The notes: generated by a model not told the origin, from the letters alone. A DNA stretch of 64,000 nt from an uncultured bacterium (GCA_963843795.1 CAWJLW010000006.1:248001-312000); one strand, 5' to 3'; shown: positions 1 through 10,349, counted from the stretch's first letter. Translations and numbers: made by a program.

Positions 1-1236
1 CGCACCTCTGGCTTAGGATTTATCTTCGTGTTACTGCTCATCGATGTGATGGGCATCGGCCTGTTGATTCCAATTTTGCCCGGATTTATCGCCCAGTTAT
101 CGCACCAAACGCTGAGCGCGGCGGCGCGCGATTACGGCTGGCTGCTGGCGTTGTATGGCGCGATGCAGTTTTTGTTTTCGCCGCTTATTGGCACACTCAG
201 CGATCAATTCGGGCGTCGTCCGGTATTGCTGGTTTCACTTTTCTGCACCGGCATCGAATACGTTTTGATGGCGCTTGCGCCGAACTTGATCTGGCTTTAC
301 ATTGGGCGCACTCTGTCGGGCATCACCGGCGCCAGCATTACCGCAGCCAACGCTTATATCGCCGATGTGAGCGCGCCTCACGAGCGTGCGCAGAACTTCG
401 GATTGGTGGGCGCGGCGTTTGGTCTGGGCTTCGTCATTGGCCCGGCATTGGGCGGTTTTCTAGGGCAATGGGGACCGCGCGTGCCGTTCTGGGCCGCAGC
501 GGTTTTCTGCTTCGCCAACTTTTTATACGGCTGGCTGATTTTGCCCGAATCGCTCAAGCCAGCAAACCGTCGTCGCGTCGATTTGCGCTTAGCCAATCCT
601 GTGGGTGCTTTGGGCATTCTTAGCCGCTATCCGCTGGTGTGGGGCTTAACCGGTTCTCTTGTGGTGACTAATCTGGCGATGAACTGTATCAACAGCACAT
701 GGGTTTTGTTCACTGAAATGCGCTTTGATTGGAACTCAACGCAAGTCGGGTTTTCGCTTGCCGCTTTTGGCACTGTCGCACTGATTTATCAATTGGGATT
801 GGCGCGCATTTTACTGCCGCTGTGGGGCGAACGCCGCACGATGTTAATTGGTTTGGCCGTTGGCGCGATTGAGTTCGTGGCCTACGCGCTTTCATCGCAG
901 GGCTGGATGATTTATGCGATTATGCTGCTCGGTGGTTTGGGCTTGTTGGCCGGACAAGCGACACAGGGTTTGCTGTCGCGGCAAGTCGGCGAAGATGAGC
1001 AGGGCGCTTTGCAGGGCGCATTGAGCAGTTTGGCGAGCCTGACCGGAATTTTCGGCCCGCTCATTGGCACTTTTCTGTTCGCGCATTACACGCAACGCGG
1101 CGCGCCGATTTTTCTACCCGGCGCACCGTTTCTGCTCGCTGCTGCGCTCAACCTCGTGGGCCTGATTATCGCGGTGCGGTTTCTGGCGCGCTGGCCCGAA
1201 CCGCAAACCACATCAGGCGTCGCGCTGACCGAATGA
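1..1236 (+). CDS. MFS transporter, TetA/DHA1 family (5' end probably just outside the window)
   Basis: About 12 hydrophobic segments; motif A GTLSDQFGRRPVLL; GFVIGPALGG motif C; frame open from base 1. Confidence 0.9.
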   Translation, partial: RTSGLGFIFVLLLIDVMGIGLLIPILPGFIAQLSHQTLSAAARDYGWLLALYGAMQFLFSPLIGTLSDQFGRRPVLLVSLFCTGIEYVLMALAPNLIWLYIGRTLSGITGASITAANAYIADVSAPHERAQNFGLVGAAFGLGFVIGPALGGFLGQWGPRVPFWAAAVFCFANFLYGWLILPESLKPANRRRVDLRLANPVGALGILSRYPLVWGLTGSLVVTNLAMNCINSTWVLFTEMRFDWNSTQVGFSLAAFGTVALIYQLGLARILLPLWGERRTMLIGLAVGAIEFVAYALSSQGWMIYAIMLLGGLGLLAGQATQGLLSRQVGEDEQGALQGALSSLASLTGIFGPLIGTFLFAHYTQRGAPIFLPGAPFLLAAALNLVGLIIAVRFLARWPEPQTTSGVALTE

Positions 1237-1238
1237 CA

Positions 1239-1262
1239 GGTGCTGCAAGTACTTGCAGCACC
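1239..1262. repeat. 24-bp perfect palindrome centred on GCAAGTACTTGC, between convergent genes; putative bidirectional terminator
   Basis: ggtgctgcaagt|acttgcagcacc. Confidence 0.85.
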
Positions 1263-1266
1263 ACTT

Positions 1267-2268
1267 TCAGTGCCAGTCGCGATAAAACACCGCGCGCTGC
1301 CAGTAATTCGCGGTTTTGGCTTCCAGGGCGTTTTGTTCGGCTTCAGTCATCGGCGCGGTTATCGAGCGCGCGGCCTTGACATTTTCTTCCAGCATTTCAA
1401 TTGAATCGCAGGCCACAATTGCGCACGCGACATTCTGTTGCGATAGCGAATAATGCAACGCGTGCTGAATGGTGACATCGGCTTTTTTGTCCAGCAAACG
1501 TCCGTAAGCCGGAACTTTCATGGCGACAACGCCGGTTTTGGTTTCCTGCGCGACCGGCAGCAAATTCTGGATAAACGAATCGTCGTGATGTTTATCGACC
1601 GCGTTGATTTGCGCTAGCATCATATCGAATGGATAACGCCGCAGCCAATCGGCCAAAATCGCCGAACGATGATGACCACTGATGCCGACGGTACGCACCA
1701 TTTTCTCATCTTTCGCTTTTTGCAGCGCTTTGACTGCGCCATCATCGGCGAAAAATGGTTTGGTGTCGCGATCTTCCAGCGAAACTGCGTGCATCAGCCA
1801 CGCATCGAGATGATCGGTTTGCAAACGCTTGAGCGAGCCTTCCAACGCGCGCATCGCGCCATCGTAGCCACGCGCATCGCATTTGGACGCGATAATCATT
1901 TCCTTACGCCGATTTTTAGCGACTTCGCCTAATGCGATTTCACTTTTGCCCGGCCCGTAACTATCAGCGGTATCGAAATAATTCACGCCCAGATTCAAAG
2001 CGTGCTCGACGATTTTTACCGCATCTTCGTGAGGACCGTTAGAAAGTGGCGTTTTTGAAGACGCGCCGCCCAACCCGAAAATCGTCACGCGAATTCCGGT
2101 CGCGCCCAGTTCGCGCGTTGGCAACAATTTGCCGCGAAGCAAATTTTCGGCGTTGGTTTCGGCGGGCGCGGCTTGAAGCGATTGGCCGTTTTTGTGTAAA
2201 AGTGCGGTCGCGCCAAGAGCAGCTCCCGCGCCCACACCAATCAGATTGCGACGTGAAATTTTCGACAT
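1267..2268 (-). CDS. Tat-exported aldo/keto reductase
   Basis: MSKISRRNLIG twin-arginine leader; GVNYFDTADSYG, SLKRLQTDHLD and GISGH AKR motifs; ATG 2268 preceded by GAGGA. Confidence 0.9.
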   Translation of the reverse strand: MSKISRRNLIGVGAGAALGATALLHKNGQSLQAAPAETNAENLLRGKLLPTRELGATGIRVTIFGLGGASSKTPLSNGPHEDAVKIVEHALNLGVNYFDTADSYGPGKSEIALGEVAKNRRKEMIIASKCDARGYDGAMRALEGSLKRLQTDHLDAWLMHAVSLEDRDTKPFFADDGAVKALQKAKDEKMVRTVGISGHHRSAILADWLRRYPFDMMLAQINAVDKHHDDSFIQNLLPVAQETKTGVVAMKVPAYGRLLDKKADVTIQHALHYSLSQQNVACAIVACDSIEMLEENVKAARSITAPMTEAEQNALEAKTANYWQRAVFYRDWH

Positions 2269-2451
2269 AAAATTTTCCTCTTTCCCTCTGCAAGTACTTG
2301 CAGTGCGTTTCAAGCGCATCAATCGTGCAACTCAATTGCTTGTAGAAGTGACAGTCAGCGCACAAAATGGTTTTATAAACGAGACAAAATTCGTATCGGT
2401 ATCATCTATCGGTATCATCCAAGCACATTGCAAGTACTTGCAGCGCACTTT

Positions 2452-3006
2452 TCACATTTCTTTGCGCACCACGCGCCGAAATTCGCCGAATAATTTTGCC
2501 AGTTGCGGCGGATGATAATGCGCGTTCAATCCGCTGGGATTGGGCAAAACCCACACGCGCGTTTGTCCGATAATTTCGGGTTGCAAGCCGATAACCGCTT
2601 TGGGTTGCGCGAACGCGGTGCGAAATGCGCCGATGCCCAAAACGCATAGCCAGCGCGGTTTGAATTTTTCCAAACGTGCGCGCAATTGCACGCCGCCTTC
2701 GACCAATTCGTCTTTCGATAGTTCAGCAGCGGCGACAGTCGCGCGTTCGGCAACATTCGTAATGCCGCAACCGAAACTCAGCAGTTCGCGGTCTTCGTGC
2801 GGTTTCAGCAAACGATTGGTGAAGCCACCGGCGAACATCGCGGGCCAGAAACGGTTGCCCGGTCGCGCGAAATGATGGCCGACCACGACCGAATACAAGC
2901 TCGGATTAATGCCGCAAAACATCACGTCTAAATCGGGCGCGATGACATCGGGCACGCGCCCGTCGATGGCGAGGTGCAACTGTTCCGGCGTGGGTTTGAT
3001 TATCAT
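2452..3006 (-). CDS. mug: G/U mismatch-specific uracil-DNA glycosylase
   Basis: CGINP, HFARPGNRFW and LPNPSGLN motifs. Confidence 0.92.
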   Translation of the reverse strand: MIIKPTPEQLHLAIDGRVPDVIAPDLDVMFCGINPSLYSVVVGHHFARPGNRFWPAMFAGGFTNRLLKPHEDRELLSFGCGITNVAERATVAAAELSKDELVEGGVQLRARLEKFKPRWLCVLGIGAFRTAFAQPKAVIGLQPEIIGQTRVWVLPNPSGLNAHYHPPQLAKLFGEFRRVVRKEM

Positions 3007-4565
3007 TGCGCGACAGTTTGCAACGGTTTTTCTGCTATTGTTTGCGCAATTTTCGGCGTTTCATCCAGTGCAAGTACTTGCTGGGTGCGCGCGCGAATAT
3101 CGTGCAGTAATTGCGGATTGTCGTTCAACAGTTGGCCATACGACGGAATCATTTGCTGCAATTTCTGCTGCCATTGTGGTGAATTGAGTTTCTGGCTGAA
3201 GCAGCGTTTGAGCAAATCGAGCATGATGGAAATTGTGGTCGAAGCTCCGGGCGAAGCGCCCAGAAGCGCGGCCAAACTGCCGTCGCTCGCGCTCACGACT
3301 TCCGTGCCGAATTGCAAAACGCCGCCTTTTTCCTTGTCTTTTTTGATAACTTGCACGCGCTGTCCAGCGATTTCTAATTGCCAGTCTTCGTTGCGCGCTT
3401 CGGGATAGTATTCGCGCAGAGCGGCCATGCGATCTTCGGGCGATTGACGTACTTGGTCGATCAGATATTTGGTCAGGGGAATGTTGTCTTTGGCAACCGC
3501 GAGCATCGGGATCATATTGCTCGGTCGAATTGAGAGCGGCAAATCGAGCAGCGAACCTTGCTTGAGAAACTTGGTCGAAAAACCGGCGTACGGGCCGAAC
3601 AAGAGCGATTTTTCTCCATCAATTACGCGCGTATCCAAATGTGGCACCGACATCGGCGGCGCGCCGACCGAAGCTTTGCCGTAAACCTTGGCTTGATGCT
3701 GCTCCACGACTTCGGGATTAGTGCATTTGAGCCATTGACCGCCAACCGGAAAACCACCGAAACCCCGTCCTTCGGGAATGCCCGATTTCAGCAAAAGTGG
3801 CAGCGAACCGCCGCCCGCGCCGATGAAGACGAACTGCGCGCCGACCGAACGTTTTTGGCCGGTCGTTTTGTCTTCGACTTTTACATTCCAGTCATTGGCG
3901 CCAACGCTTTCCAAATCGGTGACATCGTGGTTGAAATGCAAGTTCACGCCCGGCATTTGTTCTAATTGCGCGAACATCGCCCGCGTGAGTGCGCCGAAAT
4001 TCACGTCAGTTCCCAGCGCCATGTAAGTGCCCGCGACCGGTTGATTCGGGTCGCGTCCGTTCATAATCAGTGGCATCCAGCTTTCGAGTTGGGCGTGGTC
4101 GGTCGAGAATTCCATCTCGGCAAACAAGGGACTTTGCGTCATCGCTTCCCAACGCTGGCGCAGAAATTCAACGTTTTCGGCGCCCCACACAAAGCTGATA
4201 TGCGGCACGGGGCGAATCCAGTTTTGCGGCGCATCGAGCAAACCTTGTTCGACTAAAAACGCCCAGAATTGTTTGGAAACTTCAAACGATTCGGCGATTT
4301 TGATGGCTTTGTCGATTTCAACCGTGCCGTCGGCGCGTTCGGGCGTGTAATTGAGTTCACAAAACGCCGAATGTCCGGTGCCCGCGTTGTTCCAAGCGTC
4401 GGAGCTTTCGGCTGCGGCGCTGTCTAAGCGCTCGAAAATTTCAATTTTCAAATCGGGCTGCAACTGCTTGAGCAGCACGCCCAGCGTCGCGCTCATGATG
4501 CCCGCGCCGATCAAAACCACATTCGCACTCAAAACCGGCGCATCCGTCGCTTGGTTGTTTGTCAT
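3003..4565 (-). CDS. mqo: Malate:quinone oxidoreductase
   Basis: IGAGIMSATL, ESSDAWNNAGTGHSAFCELNY, AGQRVQVIK, LLGASPGAST. Confidence 0.96.
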   Translation of the reverse strand: MTNNQATDAPVLSANVVLIGAGIMSATLGVLLKQLQPDLKIEIFERLDSAAAESSDAWNNAGTGHSAFCELNYTPERADGTVEIDKAIKIAESFEVSKQFWAFLVEQGLLDAPQNWIRPVPHISFVWGAENVEFLRQRWEAMTQSPLFAEMEFSTDHAQLESWMPLIMNGRDPNQPVAGTYMALGTDVNFGALTRAMFAQLEQMPGVNLHFNHDVTDLESVGANDWNVKVEDKTTGQKRSVGAQFVFIGAGGGSLPLLLKSGIPEGRGFGGFPVGGQWLKCTNPEVVEQHQAKVYGKASVGAPPMSVPHLDTRVIDGEKSLLFGPYAGFSTKFLKQGSLLDLPLSIRPSNMIPMLAVAKDNIPLTKYLIDQVRQSPEDRMAALREYYPEARNEDWQLEIAGQRVQVIKKDKEKGGVLQFGTEVVSASDGSLAALLGASPGASTTISIMLDLLKRCFSQKLNSPQWQQKLQQMIPSYGQLLNDNPQLLHDIRARTQQVLALDETPKIAQTIAEKPLQTVAQ

Positions 4566-4868
4566 GCCATTTAGTATAAAACACGCGCGCGCCAAAACAG
4601 CGATTTTTTGGCGCGCACATGGTAGATAAAAGCTGACAACTGTTTTACATTTGTCTTTATTACAAATCGCTTAGTTTCCTGCCAGTAAACTCGCGGCTCG
4701 GCCCGTTGGCGCGAGTTCACTCGCAGGAATTATGAAGTTGCCTTTGATTTATCTTTGGCATTGCGCGTGCTATTTGTGAGCGCCCGCCAAAACGCGTGGC
4801 AAGTACTTGCAGCAGTTTTTTAATTGAAGACGTGCGCGAAAAACGCGCCGCAGAAAGGAAACCGAATT

Positions 4869-5717
4869 ATGAAATGGCAAAATAGTCGGCAAAGCAGCAA
4901 CGTGGAAGACCGGCGCGGCATGGGCGGCGGCGCTATCGCCGGTGGCGGTTTGGGCACTTTGATTTTGGGCCTCGCGTATTTCTTTTTGACCGGCGACCCG
5001 ACACCCGTCATTCAGCAAGCGACGCGACCGCAAACTTCGACGCAAACTCAAGCTCAGCGCGACCCCAACGCGCCGCCCGACCAAGCCAAGCAGTTCGTGT
5101 CTTCGGTTTTGGGCAGCACGGAAGACGTATGGAGCAAAATTTTCCAGAGTCGTGGTTTGCGTTATAAAGCGCCGAAACTGGTGTTGTTCACCGACCGCGT
5201 GCAATCGGCGTGCGGCATCGCCGGTTCATCGTCGGGCCCGTTTTATTGTCCCGGCGACCAGAAATTGTACATCGACCTGGCGTTTTACAAAGAACTGCGC
5301 GACCAATACAACGCGCCCGGCGATTTCGCGCAAGCCTATGTCATTGCGCACGAAGTCGGTCATCATGTGCAGAATTTGCTGGGTACAATGGATAAAGTCG
5401 ATGCGCTCAGTGCGCGCCTGAATAAGACCCAGCGCAACGCGCTTTCGGTGCGCACCGAACTTCAAGCCGATTATTACGCTGGCGTGTGGGGCCACTACGC
5501 GCAGGAAAATGGACTGCTCGAAGCGGGCGATATTGACGAAGCCCTCACCGCCGCCAGTGCTATCGGCGACGACAAATTGCAAGAACAAAGTCGCGGCTAC
5601 GCCGTGCCCGATTCGTTCACGCACGGCACCTCGCAACAACGCATCACCTGGTTTAAACGTGGTTTTCAAAGCGGCGATTTGAAAGGTGGCGACACCTACA
5701 ACGCCTCGAATCTATAA
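4869..5717 (+). CDS. Neutral zinc metallopeptidase (YpfJ family)
   Basis: SSNVEDRRG N-terminus, GPFYCP, AHEVGHHVQ (HExxH), ELQAD, SFTHGTS. Confidence 0.92.
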   Translation: MKWQNSRQSSNVEDRRGMGGGAIAGGGLGTLILGLAYFFLTGDPTPVIQQATRPQTSTQTQAQRDPNAPPDQAKQFVSSVLGSTEDVWSKIFQSRGLRYKAPKLVLFTDRVQSACGIAGSSSGPFYCPGDQKLYIDLAFYKELRDQYNAPGDFAQAYVIAHEVGHHVQNLLGTMDKVDALSARLNKTQRNALSVRTELQADYYAGVWGHYAQENGLLEAGDIDEALTAASAIGDDKLQEQSRGYAVPDSFTHGTSQQRITWFKRGFQSGDLKGGDTYNASNL

Positions 5718-5721
5718 AGCT

Positions 5722-5776
5722 TTGAAAACCAAAAACGTCCGCTGCAAATATTGCAGCGGACGTTTTTGGTTTTCAA
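5722..5776. terminator. 26-bp-stem hairpin with degenerate motif apex (GCAA-ATA-TTGC)
   Basis: ttgaaaaccaaaaacgtccgctgcaa ata ttgcagcggacgtttttggttttcaa, directly after a stop codon. Confidence 0.8.
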
Positions 5777-5930
5777 GCAAAGTATAAGGCCGCGGCGCTA
5801 ACTTGAGGCGTTGGTGTGGGTCGCAGGTGTTACGTAAACTGCGCGCGTAAAAACATAGGAGCAACGAAAATTCTCAGCCTCTTGTCGAACGGTCAATCTC
5901 GTCTCCATCTTATTTTGTCAAGGTTGTTAA

Positions 5931-6776
5931 ATGCTATCTTCTGTGCGTCGTTCAGCTTTTTGTCTTGCAAGTCTCGCGCTGCTGACTTGCGTTTGCGGCG
6001 CGAACAATCGAATGTGGGCACAGAATGGTTCTTCCCAACTTCCTGAGTCAGCCAAGCCACCTAATGCTACGGACGCTTCCGCTACAGTTCAGCCCGATGT
6101 CGCGCCCATAGCGTCCGAGATTCCGCCCACTTACAGCGGATTTTACCAAACCACTTTTAACGTTTCTTTGCTCGGCAAGCCGCGACCTTCGTTGGGCCAT
6201 CGTTTGAACTTGTCTTACGTACCGAAATTCGGTGGTTCGTTTGATGCGCGCTTCGAGTATTTTGTCGATGGTTCCTACAACGCCGATCCCGTCGGAGTTC
6301 TCCGCAACAATATCAACGAACCCAAATTTGAAGCGCAACTGATGTATAACCGACCTTTAAATGAGCGATTTGGAATCACCGGCGGCGCGCTTCATCACCA
6401 CAATTTTCGTTTTCCTGATAATTACGTGTTAGCAGTTGGTGGATTGACTGCTGAAGCGCCGATTGGCAAAAATGTGACCTTTTCGGGCGCAGCGCTGCTG
6501 GAAAAGAAAAGTAGTGTGCGAGTTTTCTATAATCTTTCCGGCACTTTGGAATATCGCTTTGCGCCCAAGTGGAATACCCAATTCAGTTACGCGCGCCTCG
6601 AAAACGTCGGCCAGTTCGACCTGAAACCCACGCAGGTGGAAGAATACGAAATCGGCGTTAATCGGGAACTGAACCGCCAGCAATCGGTCGGCATTTCTTT
6701 CTTTCGCCACATCCAATTCAACGCGCCCAATGACCAATTCTCGTTTCTAAAATTCAAATACGGCGTCGGATTTTAA
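5931..6776 (+). CDS. Secreted protein, probable outer-membrane beta-barrel
   Basis: Signal-like N-terminus, amphipathic aromatic-rich strands, C-terminal Phe (KFKYGVGF). Confidence 0.6.
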   Translation: MLSSVRRSAFCLASLALLTCVCGANNRMWAQNGSSQLPESAKPPNATDASATVQPDVAPIASEIPPTYSGFYQTTFNVSLLGKPRPSLGHRLNLSYVPKFGGSFDARFEYFVDGSYNADPVGVLRNNINEPKFEAQLMYNRPLNERFGITGGALHHHNFRFPDNYVLAVGGLTAEAPIGKNVTFSGAALLEKKSSVRVFYNLSGTLEYRFAPKWNTQFSYARLENVGQFDLKPTQVEEYEIGVNRELNRQQSVGISFFRHIQFNAPNDQFSFLKFKYGVGF

Positions 6777-6807
6777 AACTAAATAAGCCAAGCTCGTTTA
6801 ATAGAAG

Positions 6808-6860
6808 AAAACAAAATAGAGGTGGCGCTTCTTTGAGAAGCGCCACCTCTATTTTGTTTT
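6808..6860. terminator. Bidirectional intrinsic terminator between convergent genes
   Basis: 25-bp stem aaaacaaaatagaggtggcgcttct-ttg-agaagcgccacctctattttgtttt. Confidence 0.85.
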
Positions 6861-9800
6861 TAACCGCAACCACTCGTCGTACCGCAATCGGGGCATTTGT
6901 AGCAAGCACCGGCGCGGATCATCATCGAGCCGCAATCGCTGCATGGCGGGGCGTCGCTTTGCACTTGCATCAATTGTTTCATCAGGTCGCCCGCGTGTTC
7001 GCCTTTGGCGGCGCGTTCGGGGGCGTGGTGGCCGTTTGTGGCGTGGCCATTGGTGCTGTGTCCATTGGCGCTGCCGTTGGAACTGGGGTTGGCTTTCGCC
7101 TGAAGCAGGCCGCGCGCGTGCGCGGTGACGACTTCAGGCGTCAGGCTTTTTTTGCTTCGCCACCTTTATCATCGTCTTTGGCATCCAAAAGCGATGGCTC
7201 GTGGGCGGGCGCGTTGTCGTCGCCGTTGGGCTGGAATTTGAGGTCGAACCAGCGGAAGATGTAATCCATCAAGCTCTTGGCAATCGGGATTTCGCGGTTG
7301 GTCGTGTAGCCGCTGGGTTCAAAGCGCGTGTGCATGAACTTATTGACCAGCACTTTCAAGGGCACGCCGTATTGCAGCGCCATCGAAATCGCGACCGCGA
7401 ACGAATCCATCAAGCCCGAAATCGTGCTGCCTTCCTTGTTCATCTTGATGAAAATTTCGCCCGGCGCGCCATCTTCAAACAAGCCGACGGTGAAATAACC
7501 TTCCTGACCGGCAATCGAAAACTTGTGCGTGATGGCCGCGCGCTCGTCCGGCAACTTGCGACGCAAAACGTGCGCGGCGGCTTTGGCGTCTGCCGCGTTT
7601 TGCGCTTTGGTCGCATCACTTGCCGTCGAAAGCGGCTGCGTGCGCTTGCTACCATCGCGGTAAATCGCGACCGCTTTCAAGCACTGTTTCCAACTTTCCA
7701 AATACGCGTCGAACACGTCTTGCACGCTGCAATCGGCGGGCAGGTTGACGGTTTTGGAAATCGCGCCCGAAAGGAACGGTTGCGCCGCGCCCATCATTTT
7801 GATGTGTCCCATATAATGAATCGAGCGCGTGCCGTTCATCGCTTTGAACGCGCAATCGAAAATCGACAAATCTTCGTCGCGCAAATGCGGCGCGCCTTCG
7901 ATGGTGTCGTTCTTGTCGATATAATCAACGATTTCTTGCGTCTGCTCGCCGCTGTAACCGATTTTTTGCAGAGCGGCGGGCACGGTCTGATTGACGATTT
8001 TCAGCAAGCCACCACCGACCAATTTCTTGTATTTCACCAGCGCGATGTCCGGTTCGATACCGGTCGTGTCGCAATCCATCATGAACGCGATGGTTCCAGT
8101 CGGAGCCAAAACTGTGGCCTGCGCATTCCGATAACCGTGCTTTTCGCCCAGCACCAGAGCTTCGTCCCACACGCGTTGAGCCGCTGCAAGTACTTGCGGC
8201 GGCACTTGCGAGCCACGAATATCGCCGACTGCATCGCGATGTTTGCGAATCACGCGCAGCATCGGTTCGCGGTTGGTTTCATAACCGTTGAATGGCCCGA
8301 TGTTCGCTGCGATACGCGCCGATTGCGCATAGGCCGCGCCAGTCATAATCGCGGTAATCGCGCCCGCGAGGCTGCGCCCTTCGTCCGAATCATACGCCGT
8401 TCCCTGCGCCATCAAAAGCGCGCCCAGGTTCGCGTAGCCCAAGCCCAGAGGACGATAATCTTCGCTGTTAATGGCGATTTTTTCGGTCGGGTAGCTGGCG
8501 TTGGAAACCAGAATTTCCTGCGCGGTGATGAAAGTTTCGCTGGCGTGTGTGAACGCTTCGGCGTCAAAGATGCCGTCGGCGTCGCGGTATTTCATCAAGT
8601 TCAAACTCGCCAGGTTGCAAGCGGTGTCGTCCAGAAAAACGAATTCCGAACACGGGTTGCTAGCGTAGATGCGATCGGTGTTGGCGCAGGTGTGCCAATC
8701 GTTGATCGTGGTGTCGTATTGCAAACCCGGGTCGCCGCAAATGTGCGTGCATTCGGCAATTTGCATCAGCAAATCTTTGGCGTTTTTGGTTTCAATCGGC
8801 TCGCCGGTCATCACGGCGCGCGTCGACCACGGCATGTTGTTTTCCGCCGCGCGCATAAACGCGTCGGTCACGCGCACGCTGTGGTTTGCGTTCTGAAAAT
8901 CGACCGAATCATACGCACCGCCGGGCACGTTAAAGCCACCGTTGTAACCGGCTTCGATTAACGCCCACGCTTTTTTTTCTTCATCGGCTTTGCACACGAT
9001 GAATTCGCTGATGTCGGGATGGTCGGCGTTCAAAATTACCATCTTGGCCGCGCGACGCGTCGTGCCGCCCGATTTAATTGCCCCTGCGAAAGCGTCCCAG
9101 CCACGCATGAACGAAACCGGGCCACTTGCGATGCCGCCTCCCGACAAATGTTCGCGGCTCGAACGAATGCGCCACAGGTTGGAACCCGCGCCGCTGCCGC
9201 CTTTAAACAAGCGCGCTTCGGTCGCCGCCAGTTCCATAATCGATTCCATGTCGTCGTAAACCGAGTTGATGAAGCACGCGCTGGCCTGTTGTTTCGCGCC
9301 TTTGACACCGATATTGAACCAAACCGGCGAATTGAAGCTGCCATATTGATGCAACAGCAAATATGCCAATTCATCGCGAAACGCTTTGGCGTCTTCTTCG
9401 GATGCGAAATAGCCGCCTTCAACGCCCCAACCCCAAATCGTATCGGCGACGCGGCCAATCACTTGACGTACGCTGTGTTCGCGTTGCGGCGAATCGAGCG
9501 GGCCGCGAAAGTATTTGCTGACCACAACGTTGGTGGCCAATTGGCTCCATGTCTTGGGAATTTCGCAGTTGGTCTGCTCGAAAACGGCTTTGCCATCTTC
9601 GCCCGAAATCGTTGCGGTGCGCGTTTCCCATTCGACGGTATCGAAAACGTCCTGATCGGCAGAAGTGAAGCGGCGCGGGAATTTGAGCGCCGTGCCTTTT
9701 TTGCGGCGCGTCGTGGCACGCGGCGTGTAGGACTTTAGCGCGCCTGCGCTGGCTTCGACGCGCACTTCGGAAATGGCGGCTTTGTCGGAAGCGAGAGCAT

Positions 9801-9864
9801 CGAGAATGGTTTCATCTGCGGTCTCGACAGTGGATGCGGCAGTGTCTGGTGCGTTCTGGCTCAT
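6860..9864 (-). CDS. nrdJ: Class II (adenosylcobalamin-dependent) ribonucleotide reductase; 0-frame stop at 7141, C-terminal zinc-ribbon domain in -1 frame to 6860
   Basis: FNSPVWFN, ASACFI, GGTTRRAAKM, ASNPCSE, CNLASLNL, LAPTGTI, GAISKTVN, TSCPD-like domain; -1 frame ends DAPPCSDCGSMMIRAGACYKCPDCGTTSGCG; ATG 9864 after AGGAG. Confidence 0.93.
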
Positions 9865-9915
9865 AATACGGTTCTCCTGAAATACGGACGGGACGAGGCG
9901 GATATTAAAGGTAAA

Positions 9916-9962
9916 GCACAAAATGTTGTGGTTAAGGTTGCGCGATGCTACAAGATTTTGCG
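9916..9962. promoter_or_regulatory. Tandem NrdR boxes upstream of nrdJ
   Basis: gcacaaaatgttgtgg (9916-9931) and gctacaagattttgcg (9947-9962) resemble the acaCwAtATaTwGtg consensus, starts 31 bp apart. Confidence 0.7.
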
Positions 9963-10113
9963 TTTTGCTGCGCGGTAGTTTTAAGTCAGGACGCCACCAA
10001 TTGCAAGATGTGAAGCGCGAAATTTCGGAGAAAATTTTCGTGGCAGAAGAAAAATGTGGCGGGCGGGCAGAGTTTTCCCCGATATGGAAAAAGTTGTCCC
10101 TGCGAAAACGAAA

Positions 10114-10150
10114 AAGCCGCAGCCGAAAGTTTGAATTTCGGCTGCGGCTT
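10114..10150 (-). terminator. Intrinsic terminator after the tRNA pair
   Basis: aagccgcagccgaaa...tttcggctgcggctt, U-run on the minus strand. Confidence 0.75.
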
Positions 10151-10156
10151 AATTTT

Positions 10157-10231
10157 TGGCTGGGGAACTAGGACTCGAACCTAGAATCGTCTGAACCAGA
10201 ATCAGATGCCTTACCATTTGGCCATTCCCCA
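10157..10231 (-). tRNA. tRNA-Gln(CTG)
   Basis: Minus strand TGGGGAATGGCCAAATGGTAAGGCATCTGATT-CTG-GTTCAGACGATTCTAGGTTCGAGTCCTAGTTCCCCAGCCA; cloverleaf, encoded CCA. Confidence 0.95.
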
Positions 10232-10278
10232 AAATCGTCCAACGCTTTTTAATTATAAAAAACGTCCGACAAATTACA

Positions 10279-10349
10279 AGGCCACGACCGGATTTGAACC
10301 GATGTACACGGTTTTGCAGACCGCTGCCTAACCACTCGGCCACGCGGCC
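10279..10349 (-). tRNA. tRNA-Cys(GCA), CCA not encoded
   Basis: Minus strand GGCCGCGTGGCCGAGTGGTTAGGCAGCGGTCT-GCA-AAACCGTGTACATCGGTTCAAATCCGGTCGTGGCCT. Confidence 0.95.

Noticed and set aside
1..1236. Acquired tetracycline resistance gene
   Set aside because: Family-level TetA-like MFS only; no tetR or mobile context is visible, and substrate cannot be inferred.
6982..7143. Stop-codon readthrough or selenocysteine at the nrdJ TGA
   Set aside because: The in-frame continuation is a low-complexity Pro/Thr/Ala stretch ending at another TGA (6982); the conserved Cys domain is in the -1 frame.
7201..8961. 586-aa plus-strand ORF (and 6833-7264)
   Set aside because: Antisense shadow of nrdJ with no recognisable motifs.
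10157..10349. tRNA-anchored genomic island or prophage
   Set aside because: No integrase, and no duplicated tRNA 3' end noticed in the window.
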